Shown here piece by piece: positions 12,129-21,137 of a stretch of 64,000 nt of DNA. The DNA is taken from NCBI GenBank assembly GCA_965227515.1, contig CBDDFZ010000002.1, positions 1,056,001-1,120,000 of the forward strand, read 5' to 3'. Source of the stretch: Alphaproteobacteria bacterium (lineage in GTDB: Bacteria; Pseudomonadota; Alphaproteobacteria; CALKHQ01). A model generated the notes under the pieces. That model saw only the letters and a list, made by a program, of their open reading frames with translations. It searched no databases and had not been told where the DNA came from. Each line of letters opens with the position of its first letter. The first letter of the stretch is position 1. A program made the translations under genes and the position numbers.

Positions 12129-12779
12129 CTAGAACGGCTTGGTCAGCAGCACCCAGTTGCACACTGGATTGTCCCAGTCCTCCTTCACCGCCGGTCGACT
12201 GGCGACTTCCCGGCAACCCAACCGCTCATAAAGGCGGCGCGCCGCCGTATTGGTGTCGGCAACGATGATCGAAAGCCCAGTCGCGCCGGTTTCGCGCGCA
12301 CGCCGTTCCGCGTGGCGCAGCAGCTCCATGCCGTGGCCGTTGCGGCGATGGTGCGGGAAGGTGGCCAGTACATTCACATACCAGGTGCCGGGCGCCAGGT
12401 TTTCCAACGCCTGCAAGCCGGCGAACATGGGCGACAGCGTGGCGGTGTCGATGGGTTCCGGCGTGTCAGGCTGCCGGTAGCCGACCAGGCAGCCGGCGAT
12501 CTCGCCGTCGACCTCGCGCACCACGGCGTTGGCGTAGGAGAAGCAGCCGTGGTCGCGCCTTGCGCGCTCCCGGCCTACGGACCAAGGGTCCACGCCGGGT
12601 CCTGCCATCTGCCGCCACAGGTAAAGCGGCAGACCCTCGCCGGCCATGTTCACGGCGATGGCCAACGCAGCATCGTCGTCGGGCGTCGCGCGCCGGATGG
12701 TAGGGGCCTGTCCGGGGTTGACGGGCACGGTTGGCGCCCACGTAACGCCCATGTCGGCGCGCGCTGCAATGCTTGTCAT
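12129..12779 (-). CDS. GNAT family N-acetyltransferase
   Basis: WYVNVLATFPHHRRNGHGMELL (motif A) and NTAARRLYERLG. Confidence 0.88.
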   Translation of the reverse strand: MTSIAARADMGVTWAPTVPVNPGQAPTIRRATPDDDAALAIAVNMAGEGLPLYLWRQMAGPGVDPWSVGRERARRDHGCFSYANAVVREVDGEIAGCLVGYRQPDTPEPIDTATLSPMFAGLQALENLAPGTWYVNVLATFPHHRRNGHGMELLRHAERRARETGATGLSIIVADTNTAARRLYERLGCREVASRPAVKEDWDNPVCNWVLLTKPF

Positions 12780-12829
12780 GATGTCCTCGTCTGGTTGGTT
12801 GCCCTATCCGGGGCGTTGCAGTGACCGCG

Positions 12830-13948
12830 CTATGGGCGGCAGACGTAGTAGTAGTTCTGCACGTCGTGCGAGAGTTCGTTCACGTCGACGCTGCCAAAAC
12901 CCGCGGCGGTGAAGTACTCCAACGCCTTCTCCCGTCCCCACATCGCGCCCAGCCCCTCGCCGCCCTGCGCCAGCGACACGGTCATGCAGTGCATGCAAGA
13001 CACGGTGTAGAGCAACGGCCCGATCGGGTGATCCAGATTGCCGTGATGGTGGCTCGAGCCCTTGATGTCCTGGGCGAGATACACGCCGTCGTCCTTCAGC
13101 GTGCGCCGGATACCGCGCAGTACCTTCAGCGGTTGGGCCTGGTCGTGGACCGCATCGAACGTGGTCGCGAAATCGAACGCGTTCTGTTCGGCAGCCGTGT
13201 CAAAGTCGCTGAGGTCCCTTGCCTCGAAGGTAGCGTTCCGGTTGCCGCGCTCCGCTGCCTCCTGGCGCGCAAATCCGATGGCCTCCGCCGACAGGTCGTA
13301 GCCGACGAACGTGCTGTTGGGATAATGCGCGGCCAACAGGTTCAACGCGCGCCCGCGCCCGCAGCCGACGTCCACGACCCGGATGCCGGCGGCCAGCCGG
13401 TCCTTGATGCCTGGTACCAGCGGCAGGATCTCGTCAACCAGCGCCGGCAATACCGAAACGCCACTGTCCTCGGCCATCACCTCATGGAAGCGATGGAAGC
13501 GGTCGTAGGGCACGCCGCCGCCATCGCGGAAACATGCGAGGATGTCCTCCTCCACCGTGCCAAGCAGCGGCACGTACTGGGCGAAGATGGCCAGGTTGGC
13601 GCTGTCGCCGTCGCGGGTCAGCACGGCGGCATGCTCCGGCGGCAGGGCATAGGTCTCGGCGACCGGGTCGTGCTCGGTAATGCCGCCGACTGTCATGGCC
13701 CCCAGCCACTCGCGCACATAGCGCTCGTTCAGCATCGCCGCTTCAGCAAGCGCGCTACAACGCGCCGGGCCGATGGCGGCCAGGGTATCGAACAGTCCGG
13801 TGCGATGGCCGATAGAGGTCATCAGGCTCAGCGCGCCGGCGTTCAGCATGTCGACGACCTTCTCCTCGAACGCTTCGGCCTTGGCCTGATCGGGGGCCTG
13901 ATCGGAGGCCTGATCGGGCGAATGGATGGTTTCCAGTTGCGCGGACAT
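12830..13948 (-). CDS. Class I SAM-dependent methyltransferase with N-terminal winged-helix (Rv2258c-like)
   Basis: SIGHRTGLF, ERYVREWL, VDVGCGRG, FDAVHD and GLGAMWG; GGGAG SD before ATG 13948. Confidence 0.9.
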   Translation of the reverse strand: MSAQLETIHSPDQASDQAPDQAKAEAFEEKVVDMLNAGALSLMTSIGHRTGLFDTLAAIGPARCSALAEAAMLNERYVREWLGAMTVGGITEHDPVAETYALPPEHAAVLTRDGDSANLAIFAQYVPLLGTVEEDILACFRDGGGVPYDRFHRFHEVMAEDSGVSVLPALVDEILPLVPGIKDRLAAGIRVVDVGCGRGRALNLLAAHYPNSTFVGYDLSAEAIGFARQEAAERGNRNATFEARDLSDFDTAAEQNAFDFATTFDAVHDQAQPLKVLRGIRRTLKDDGVYLAQDIKGSSHHHGNLDHPIGPLLYTVSCMHCMTVSLAQGGEGLGAMWGREKALEYFTAAGFGSVDVNELSHDVQNYYYVCRP

Positions 13949-13960
13949 TGTGATATTCTC

Positions 13961-14012
13961 CCTTTTTATACTGACCAGTCTGTCTAAGACCGACCGGTTG
14001 GTATAAAAAAGG
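13961..14012. promoter_or_regulatory. Tandem TetR-type operators forming one long inverted repeat
   Basis: CCTTTTT-ATACTGACCAGTCTGTCT-A-AGACCGACCGGTTGGTAT-AAAAAAGG, located between the divergent methyltransferase and TetR genes. Confidence 0.75.
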
Positions 14013-14178
14013 TCGCGCCGAGTCAATCCCCGGTTCAAACTTTTCTGGACGGCGGGGTCGTCGGCCCTTGCGAGCATGTGGCAGGTCACGCGTCGCGTGG
14101 GCTGGACGCGGCGGCGGCCATATGGGAATGAGCGGTGCGCCCTTTCAGCGGGTCGCGTCGAAGAGACAGAGCGAGAGC

Positions 14179-14826
14179 ATGCCGCGAGACGGAAGCCAGA
14201 CACGCACGAAGATCATGGACACGGCGGAACAGATGATCCTGGAGAAGGGATTCGGGGGCACATCGATCGACCGTGTCATCCAGGGTGCGGGCATCACCAA
14301 GGGCACCTTCTTCTATCACTTCGACACCAAGGCCGACCTGGCCTACGCGCTGGTGGAGCGATATGCCGGGTTCGACATCGGCCACCTGGATACCAATCTG
14401 GCGGCGGTCGAGGCGGAGTCGGATGACCCGCGCACGCAACTGATTGCCTTCGTGAAGCGTTTCGAGGATGCCGCCCAGCAACTTTCCGAGCCTTATCCGG
14501 GCTGCCTGTTCGGATCATATTGTTACGAGGCCGGCCTGTTCGACGAGCGCACGTTGGACGTGATCCAAGCCACCATGCTGACGTGGCGCGATCGGCTGGG
14601 TGCCAAGATCGCCAAGGTCATCGAGCGCCATACCCCGGCGCGCGCGGTGGACGCAGTTGCCCTGGCCGACATGATGACGGTGATCTTCGAGGGTGCGTTC
14701 ATCGTGTCGAAGACGCTGAAGGATCCCAAGGTCGTGACCGCCCAGGCCCGTCACTTCCGGCTGTTGCTGGAGCTTCTGTTCGATGTGCCGCCGGCAGCGG
14801 AAGATAGCGCCAAGTCCAAGGCGTAA
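14179..14826 (+). CDS. TetR/AcrR family regulator (NemR-like)
   Basis: GITKGTFFYHFDTKADL HTH and GCLFG motif. Confidence 0.93.
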   Translation: MPRDGSQTRTKIMDTAEQMILEKGFGGTSIDRVIQGAGITKGTFFYHFDTKADLAYALVERYAGFDIGHLDTNLAAVEAESDDPRTQLIAFVKRFEDAAQQLSEPYPGCLFGSYCYEAGLFDERTLDVIQATMLTWRDRLGAKIAKVIERHTPARAVDAVALADMMTVIFEGAFIVSKTLKDPKVVTAQARHFRLLLELLFDVPPAAEDSAKSKA

Positions 14827-15011
14827 GCCCCTAACGCGCCGCAGTTGTTCGCCGCTTCTGCCCCGATTGGCCGGTTCTGCCGGTTTTCGTCCCCACATCA
14901 CCCGACTTGGCCGCGACAACTCCCGTATTCGGCCCCGCCTGCACCATATCGCGCTGGTCAAACCCGCCTCGGCCGAAGCATTGGCCATCGAAAGCAGGAA
15001 GGGGAAAAGAC

Positions 15012-15947
15012 ATGGCTTCGATCAATGGTACCAACAACGCGGACACGCTGATCGGCGGCCCGCTTGACGACGTGATCAGGGCGCGCAACGGCGACGACAT
15101 CCTGGTCGGCGGGCTGGGCAACGACAGGCTGCTCGGCGGCAGGGGCGAGGACATTCTCTATGACGGCGCCGGCCGGGATCGGATGACCGGCGGCGCCGAT
15201 GCCGACATCTTCGTGCTCGGCGACGATGGCGAGAAGGACGTGATCACCGACTTCGAGGACGGCATCGACCTGATCGACATCCGCGCCGACGGGGTGGACG
15301 ATTTCTCCGACCTGACGCTGACCCAGCTCTCCAACGGCCGGGTCCGGGTCGACTACGGCAACGACTTCGTCATCGTGAAGGGCGGGCTCAGCGTGGCCGA
15401 TCTCACCGCCGACGACTTCATCTTCGACAATCACGACCGGATCGAGCTCGACTTCGAGGGCCTGAGCTATCCGGACCTGACGCCCGGGCCGTACGACACC
15501 ACCTATGGCGGCCAGCTCGGCCCGCAATATGCCGGGTTCGAGTGGTCGGGCATGGTGTTCGGGGTGGAGGGCGACGAGACGCCGGCGTCCGGCCTCGACA
15601 ACTCGTCGGGGTCCGGCGACAACGCCATCGTCAACGGGTTCGCCGCGGCGATCTCGTTCTCGGACGACACGCCGTTCGACTTCGAGCAGGTGGAGATGGG
15701 CGCGCTCTACCGCGACGGGCTGGAAGTCACCATCGAGGGCAAGCTGAACGGGCAGGTCGTGGGCACCCAGACCGTGGTGCTGAACACCGGCGGGTCGACG
15801 ACCGTACAGCTCGACGACGCCATCTTCGACGTGGTCGACGAGGTCTCGCTGACCCCGACCGGTGGGTCGGGCACCAACAGCCCAACCTACATGGCCTATG
15901 GCCCGAACGAGCACTTCTACATGGACGACATGGTGCTGTTCGCCTGA
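15012..15947 (+). CDS. RTX/hemolysin-type Ca-binding secreted protein with an extra C-terminal beta-domain
   Basis: GGxGxD nonapeptides, DVITDFEDGIDLID and LTADDFIF, followed by about 170 aa of additional domain. Confidence 0.85.
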   Translation: MASINGTNNADTLIGGPLDDVIRARNGDDILVGGLGNDRLLGGRGEDILYDGAGRDRMTGGADADIFVLGDDGEKDVITDFEDGIDLIDIRADGVDDFSDLTLTQLSNGRVRVDYGNDFVIVKGGLSVADLTADDFIFDNHDRIELDFEGLSYPDLTPGPYDTTYGGQLGPQYAGFEWSGMVFGVEGDETPASGLDNSSGSGDNAIVNGFAAAISFSDDTPFDFEQVEMGALYRDGLEVTIEGKLNGQVVGTQTVVLNTGGSTTVQLDDAIFDVVDEVSLTPTGGSGTNSPTYMAYGPNEHFYMDDMVLFA

Positions 15948-16035
15948 CGCCGGTAGCCGCGCAACGCCCGTCCGGCCCCGCGCCGGGCGGGCGTGCAGGT
16001 TTGCGCCTCCAACCGCGTTCTGCGAGAATGCGACG

Positions 16036-16242
16036 ATGAAAAAGATTGGCAATCCAGGCCCCCGCGCGTCGATCTCACTCGCGGAAGCCCTGAACTTGCA
16101 GGCGATTGAGAACAATCCTCTCGACGCCGAACAGATTGCCATGTTCGAGATGTTCGAGCGGGAGGGCTGGGATCACGCGCGCCGCATTGCTTACATCCGC
16201 AAGAAATACACGGCGGGTGATGCCACGCACGCTGCTGAATGA
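16036..16242 (+). CDS. Putative FicA/VbhA-like antitoxin
   Basis: Small ORF whose stop overlaps the Fic start (ATGA); EALNLQAIENNPL resembles the inhibitory helix. Confidence 0.7.
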   Translation: MKKIGNPGPRASISLAEALNLQAIENNPLDAEQIAMFEMFEREGWDHARRIAYIRKKYTAGDATHAAE

Positions 16243-16805
16243 CCGATCGGGTCTACTGCTACCCGCCTGACTACACCGTTCTAACAAACAAGCTGGACAT
16301 TCGCGGGCCGCATGCGTTGGACACGGCCGAGCGCGCGCTGGTCGTGGCGCGCTTGACCGAGGGGCCGCCAAGCGGCGCATTCGACCTGGCGCATTTGTGC
16401 GCCATTCACAGCCACTTGTTTCAGGACGTCTACGAATGGGCAGGTGAGCTGCGCCGGGTTGAGATCTCGAAGGGCGGGCAGCAGTTTCAACCGCGCCGTT
16501 TCATTGAGGTCGGCATGGCGGACGTCCATCGGCGTCTCGTCGAGCAGAAGTTCCTGGCGGGCCTTGGCGCGGACGCGTTTTCAGCGGCAGCAGCCCATGT
16601 CATCGGCGATATCAACTATGTCCATCCGTTTCGCGATGGTAACGGACGAACGCAGTTAGTGTATTTGAAGCAGCTAGGCGCGCGTGCCGACCATGACATC
16701 GACCTGGCGCTCTTGCGGCGCGAGGCCTGGTTGGCAGCGTCCATTGCCGCGTTCAATGGCGACTACGGCCCAATGTCGGATCAGATTCGTGATGCCTGTG
16801 TTTGA
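16239..16805 (+). CDS. Fic family protein (FicT-like toxin)
   Basis: YCYP..VLTNKLDI, IHSHLFQDVYEWAGELRRV and HPFRDGNGRTQ. Confidence 0.92.
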   Translation: MTDRVYCYPPDYTVLTNKLDIRGPHALDTAERALVVARLTEGPPSGAFDLAHLCAIHSHLFQDVYEWAGELRRVEISKGGQQFQPRRFIEVGMADVHRRLVEQKFLAGLGADAFSAAAAHVIGDINYVHPFRDGNGRTQLVYLKQLGARADHDIDLALLRREAWLAASIAAFNGDYGPMSDQIRDACV

Positions 16806-16817
16806 AATGCCGACAGC

Positions 16818-17711
16818 ATGATCCGCGCCCATCCCATCGGCAGCGCGGGCTGGGGGCGCACTGCCGTGGCGTCGGTGGTCTGCCTGATCTACAGCCTGCC
16901 GGTCCTGGTGATCGTCTCGATCGCGTTCCAGGACCGGAACGACGTGCTCGACACCGATGGCGACAGCCTGGGCGCGCTGTTGGAGAGCGTCGTGGTGTTC
17001 CAGCCGACCCTGGACAATTTCGGCCGCATCTTCAGCTTCCAGGTGCCGGTCGGCGGTTCGGTCCGCGACACCCCGTTCGCCTGGTACTTCCTGAACTCGG
17101 CCATCGTGGTGGGGACGGCGGTGCTGGCGGCGCTGCTGCTCGGCACGCTCGCCGCCTATGGCTTCTCGCGCTATCCGCCGCGCGGCACCGGGCCGATGCT
17201 GATCTGGATCCTGGCCACGCGCATGCTGCCGCCTGTGGTGCTGGTGCTGCCGCTATTCGTGCTGTTCCATTTCATGGGCCTGACCGGCACCTATCTCGGC
17301 ATCATCCTGCTCTACACGTCGTTCAACCTGGCGTTCGCGATCTGGATGATGAAGAGCTTCTTCGACGATCTGCCGCGCGAGGTGGAGGACGCGGCGCGGC
17401 TCGACGGCAGCTCGGAGACGCGGGTGCTGTGGAAGATCTGCCTGCCGCAGGTGAAGGGCGGCATGGCGGCGACCGCCGTGTTCGGCCTGATCCTGACCTG
17501 GAACGAGTTGACGTTCGCCATGCTGATGACCGACGGCGACACCCGCCCGGTGCCGCCGGCGATGGTGGTGTCGATGGGGGCGGCGGGCAGCGCGGACTAC
17601 GGCTTCCTCGCCGCCATCGTCACCCTGTTTCTGGTGCCGGTGCTGGCGGTGACCTACGTGCTGCAGGGCCACCTGCTGCGGGGCGTGACGTTCGGGACGA
17701 TCCGCAGGTGA
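16818..17711 (+). CDS. Orphan carbohydrate ABC permease
   Basis: RMLPPVV, EVEDAARLDG EAA loop and LTWNE. Confidence 0.9.
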   Translation: MIRAHPIGSAGWGRTAVASVVCLIYSLPVLVIVSIAFQDRNDVLDTDGDSLGALLESVVVFQPTLDNFGRIFSFQVPVGGSVRDTPFAWYFLNSAIVVGTAVLAALLLGTLAAYGFSRYPPRGTGPMLIWILATRMLPPVVLVLPLFVLFHFMGLTGTYLGIILLYTSFNLAFAIWMMKSFFDDLPREVEDAARLDGSSETRVLWKICLPQVKGGMAATAVFGLILTWNELTFAMLMTDGDTRPVPPAMVVSMGAAGSADYGFLAAIVTLFLVPVLAVTYVLQGHLLRGVTFGTIRR

Positions 17712-17717
17712 TGCCCC

Positions 17718-18167
17718 CTATTCCTTGCGGAACAGGTCGTGGCAGCCGGAGCAGTTCTCGCCAACGGCGGTGAACTCAGCCACGAAGTCGCCCGTCTTGA
17801 CCGCCTGCTCCAGCGCCGTGGCATTGACGACCATGTCGTCTGCGATGACCGAGAACTTCTCCCAATCCTGCCAGATCGCGTCCAGTGCCTCGCTGGGGGC
17901 ATCGTTGCTGCCGTCCGGGAACATCTCCGGCAGCATTTCCGCACCCTCACGCACGGCCGCCGCGGCCTGTTCCATCGTCGCCTGATCGAAGACCACCTCG
18001 CCGCGCAGCACCAGGGCCATTGCCTTCATGCCATCGCCCATCCGCTCCATCATGTCCATCCGCTCCTGCACGATGCCGGTGGCGCCGGAATGGGCGAACG
18101 CCGCATGGGCGATGGCGGCGGACGATGCGACGAGCGCACCGATCAGGGACAAGTGGGGCAAGCGCAC
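17718..18167 (-). CDS. Cytochrome c'/c556 (class II)
   Basis: Signal peptide, SEALDAIWQDWEKF and C-terminal CSGCH heme motif. Confidence 0.92.
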   Translation of the reverse strand: MRLPHLSLIGALVASSAAIAHAAFAHSGATGIVQERMDMMERMGDGMKAMALVLRGEVVFDQATMEQAAAAVREGAEMLPEMFPDGSNDAPSEALDAIWQDWEKFSVIADDMVVNATALEQAVKTGDFVAEFTAVGENCSGCHDLFRKE

Positions 18168-18314
18168 GACAATCGCTCCTCGGTTGTGTCGTCTGAGGCC
18201 CGGAGTCTGGCACAGGGTCGCCCGACGGCTCGAATGAACCTTGCGTGTGCTCGTGGTGGCAGGGTGGCAAAGACAGCAGGGTTGAGGGGGCAGTGAACGT
18301 GTTGGCGCACGGTC

Positions 18315-20627
18315 TCAGGTGCAGATGCCGCGTCGTTGCAGTTCGTCGATGAAGCGCGCGATCAGATTGGTCGCTTGATCGTTGACCGAGGCGGTGCGCT
18401 GGTCGACCACCGCCTCAAATCCCTCCGGGGCCCGCACCATGCCGATCTCCTCGTCGCGGTCCCAGCGATGTCCGGTGAGCTGGGCAGCCGTGCCGCTGAC
18501 GCTCAGTTCGCCGCAGACGAACTCGAACCGCTGCCGCACACCCATCGGTCCGGTATCGCCCGCTTCGACGTAGATGACGCTCTCCACCGTGGCCAGATAG
18601 GCGACGATGTCGGTGCCTGGCACCGCATGCCGGGTCCAGCCATCCAGGTCGACGCTTTCCTCCGCCCATGCGCGGCGCAACTCCAGCTCTGCCGGATCGA
18701 GAATGACCTCGACCCACACATCCTCGATGACGTCTGACTCCGCAATCCCGCCGGCGAAGGTGTCGTAACCCAGGACGATGCCGTCTTCTTCCGTGCCGGC
18801 CGGCCAGGAAACGACTTCCGGGTCGCGGTCCTGCCATGTGGCGCGGATGGCCGCCAGGATCCCGCCCAGCACCCGGTCGGCATCGAGATGCGGATGCTGA
18901 ACCACGTTGTAGAGGCTGGGATAACACGGGTGTGTCTGGCGCGCCGGCCAATCGAAGTCCTCATCGGCGGTGCCGACGAACCGCACCTGCGCCGAGGCGC
19001 TGCCAATCCCGGTCGCCACGGTGAAGTGGTAGCTGCCGGCCGGCAGCAGCACGCCGGGAAGGTCGATACCAGGCGCGCTGTCGCGCCCGGTGGACACCAC
19101 CCAGGCACTGCCCGACTGGACGTCGCCGTCGACGATGTTGAACCACAGATTGCCGGCGGTATCGATGATCCAGGCCGTGTCGGCGCCCAGCACCTGGATC
19201 ACCTGTGGCTGGGTCAGGGTGAATTGCACGCCTTCGGTGGTCTCGCGCCCGTCGGACCCCATGGTGGTGCGCGCGGTCAGCGTGACCGGGTCGCCACTCG
19301 GGGCCGGCGGAGCGACGAACTCGACTGAGAAACTGCGTGCCGGGCCATCGGGCCATTCGCCGTGCAGGCAATAGCCGCCGGGCATCAGGTCGCGCGTGCT
19401 CCACGCCTCGACGTCGCCGGCATCGCTCGACCACAGCAGCGAGCCGGCGAAATCGATGATCGAGCCGGTCGGCGGCGTGTCGGTGAAGGTGACCGTCTGC
19501 GGCGCCGTCAGGTAGAACATGCGGTCGCTCTGGTCCTGGGCGGACGACAACAGAACCGGGCCGCCGGGCGTTGGCATCGGCGGCAGCAGGATCTCGGCGG
19601 ACACCGAGCCGATTGCGCCCGACAGGCACGCGACGTGCAGAACGAAGGTGCCGGCCGGCAGCGGGACCATACCGTTCGTCGGGTCGGCGCCCGGCGGCAT
19701 GATCAGCGGTGCGCCGTCGAAGATGTTGGCGACGAGGTCCCCGCCATAGTCCTTCTCGGCGATCCACCAGGAGTCCCGCCCCGGCTCGCCGCGCCATAGC
19801 ACGCGTATGGTGGTGGGCTCGGCGAGCGTGAAACGCACATCGTTGACCTCGCCGCCACCGGCGGACGCATCGCAGACCGTGCTGGCGGTGCGGCGCTCGG
19901 TCAGCCCCGGCGGCGTGAGGTTGTCGTCGCCGGCCGGACCGTCCGGTTGATCCGCGACCACCGTTTCCGGGATGGTGCCGGGGTCCTTGAAGTAGCCGAC
20001 GAGAGCGTTCATGGCGGCCACGTTGTCGGCGTCGCCGGTGGTGGCGACCGTCAGGTTCATCAGCGTGGTGTCGCCATAATCAACGCAGGTGATCAGCGCG
20101 TTGAAGTCGTCGTCCTCGGCCTGGAACGACCGGTAGGCGCTATCGGTTTCCGTCAGGCCGCCGCCGAGAAACGCGTCCTCGCCGCGCTGGCGGCAGGTCT
20201 CGACGTCCATCTCGACATATTCGGTCCACCACGTCATGCCGGGATTGTTGTCGACGTCGTTTGGTGCCGGGCTGCGCGGGCCGGCGCGAAACTCCATCAG
20301 GTCCAGCAGGCGGTCGACCGGCTCCCAGGCGCTGACGCCCTCGAACGCCGTGGCGGTCATCAGCGCCAGGGAGAGCCCGTTGCCGTACCCCTGGCACGCC
20401 ACATAGGCGCTGACCCCGTCGCCGACGCCATACACCCACCAATCGCTGTTCGCCGTGACCGCGAGCCCGCTGCCATTCACCGCGTCAAAGGCGCGGCCCA
20501 TGCATTCGTCGAAGCCGTACGGAAATTCTTCGATCAGAAACGCCAGGTCGCCGTCCGCGGCCGCGGCAGGTGCCGCGTTTGCCCCCAGCGCGCCGGCAAG
20601 GACGCCAACCTTCAAGATGCCACGCAT
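18315..20627 (-). CDS. Large secreted modular hypothetical protein
   Basis: GGAGGGG SD; signal peptide; two tandem 2-Cys domains and three PPC-like repeats. Confidence 0.78.
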   Translation of the reverse strand: MRGILKVGVLAGALGANAAPAAAADGDLAFLIEEFPYGFDECMGRAFDAVNGSGLAVTANSDWWVYGVGDGVSAYVACQGYGNGLSLALMTATAFEGVSAWEPVDRLLDLMEFRAGPRSPAPNDVDNNPGMTWWTEYVEMDVETCRQRGEDAFLGGGLTETDSAYRSFQAEDDDFNALITCVDYGDTTLMNLTVATTGDADNVAAMNALVGYFKDPGTIPETVVADQPDGPAGDDNLTPPGLTERRTASTVCDASAGGGEVNDVRFTLAEPTTIRVLWRGEPGRDSWWIAEKDYGGDLVANIFDGAPLIMPPGADPTNGMVPLPAGTFVLHVACLSGAIGSVSAEILLPPMPTPGGPVLLSSAQDQSDRMFYLTAPQTVTFTDTPPTGSIIDFAGSLLWSSDAGDVEAWSTRDLMPGGYCLHGEWPDGPARSFSVEFVAPPAPSGDPVTLTARTTMGSDGRETTEGVQFTLTQPQVIQVLGADTAWIIDTAGNLWFNIVDGDVQSGSAWVVSTGRDSAPGIDLPGVLLPAGSYHFTVATGIGSASAQVRFVGTADEDFDWPARQTHPCYPSLYNVVQHPHLDADRVLGGILAAIRATWQDRDPEVVSWPAGTEEDGIVLGYDTFAGGIAESDVIEDVWVEVILDPAELELRRAWAEESVDLDGWTRHAVPGTDIVAYLATVESVIYVEAGDTGPMGVRQRFEFVCGELSVSGTAAQLTGHRWDRDEEIGMVRAPEGFEAVVDQRTASVNDQATNLIARFIDELQRRGICT

Positions 20628-20805
20628 AGCCCCCTCCTATGTAGCGGCGGGGGGCATGGTAGCACACGGAAACTGCCGTCGCGCGCCGCGATGGCACTTC
20701 GTTGCGGTGAACCTGCGACAGCGTCGGCGCGACCCACGGGCAACGAGCTTGAACGCGCTGTGCCCAGGCGTTCGAGGACAACAACAAGAACGAGGAGACC
20801 GCATC

Positions 20806-21060
20806 ATGTCCAACTACGCATCCGCGCCCGCGCCGTCCGACGTCAGCCAGGCTGCCAATGGCGGGTCCTTCCGCTGGTGGTACGAGTATGGCGGCGGCCG
20901 CATCGAAGCGGCGCCCGAAGATGCCATCGCCGCATATTCGGTCGATGTGCCGACGGTTGAGCCTGGTACCGAAGCGCCCGCTGGCGAAGCGGCGCTGATC
21001 GGCGTCGATGACGGCGGCGACAACGGCGGCGGTCCTTGGGGCATGGACTGGCTCGTCTGA
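20806..21060 (+). CDS. 84-aa acidic hypothetical protein with a T1SS-signal-like C-terminus
   Basis: GAGGAG SD before ATG 20806; MSNYASAPAPS...AALIGVDDGGDNGGGPWGMDWLV. Confidence 0.7.
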   Translation: MSNYASAPAPSDVSQAANGGSFRWWYEYGGGRIEAAPEDAIAAYSVDVPTVEPGTEAPAGEAALIGVDDGGDNGGGPWGMDWLV

Positions 21061-21137
21061 CACACCACCGGTGAACCTCCTGGCCGGTCGCGGCGACATA
21101 AGCGCGAGCGACACGAGCATCTGAAGGAGACGATCCG

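Noticed and set aside
20693-20706. TGGCAC...TTGC sigma-54-like promoter before the 84-aa ORF
   Set aside because: The GG-to-GC spacing is 9 nt instead of the required 10.
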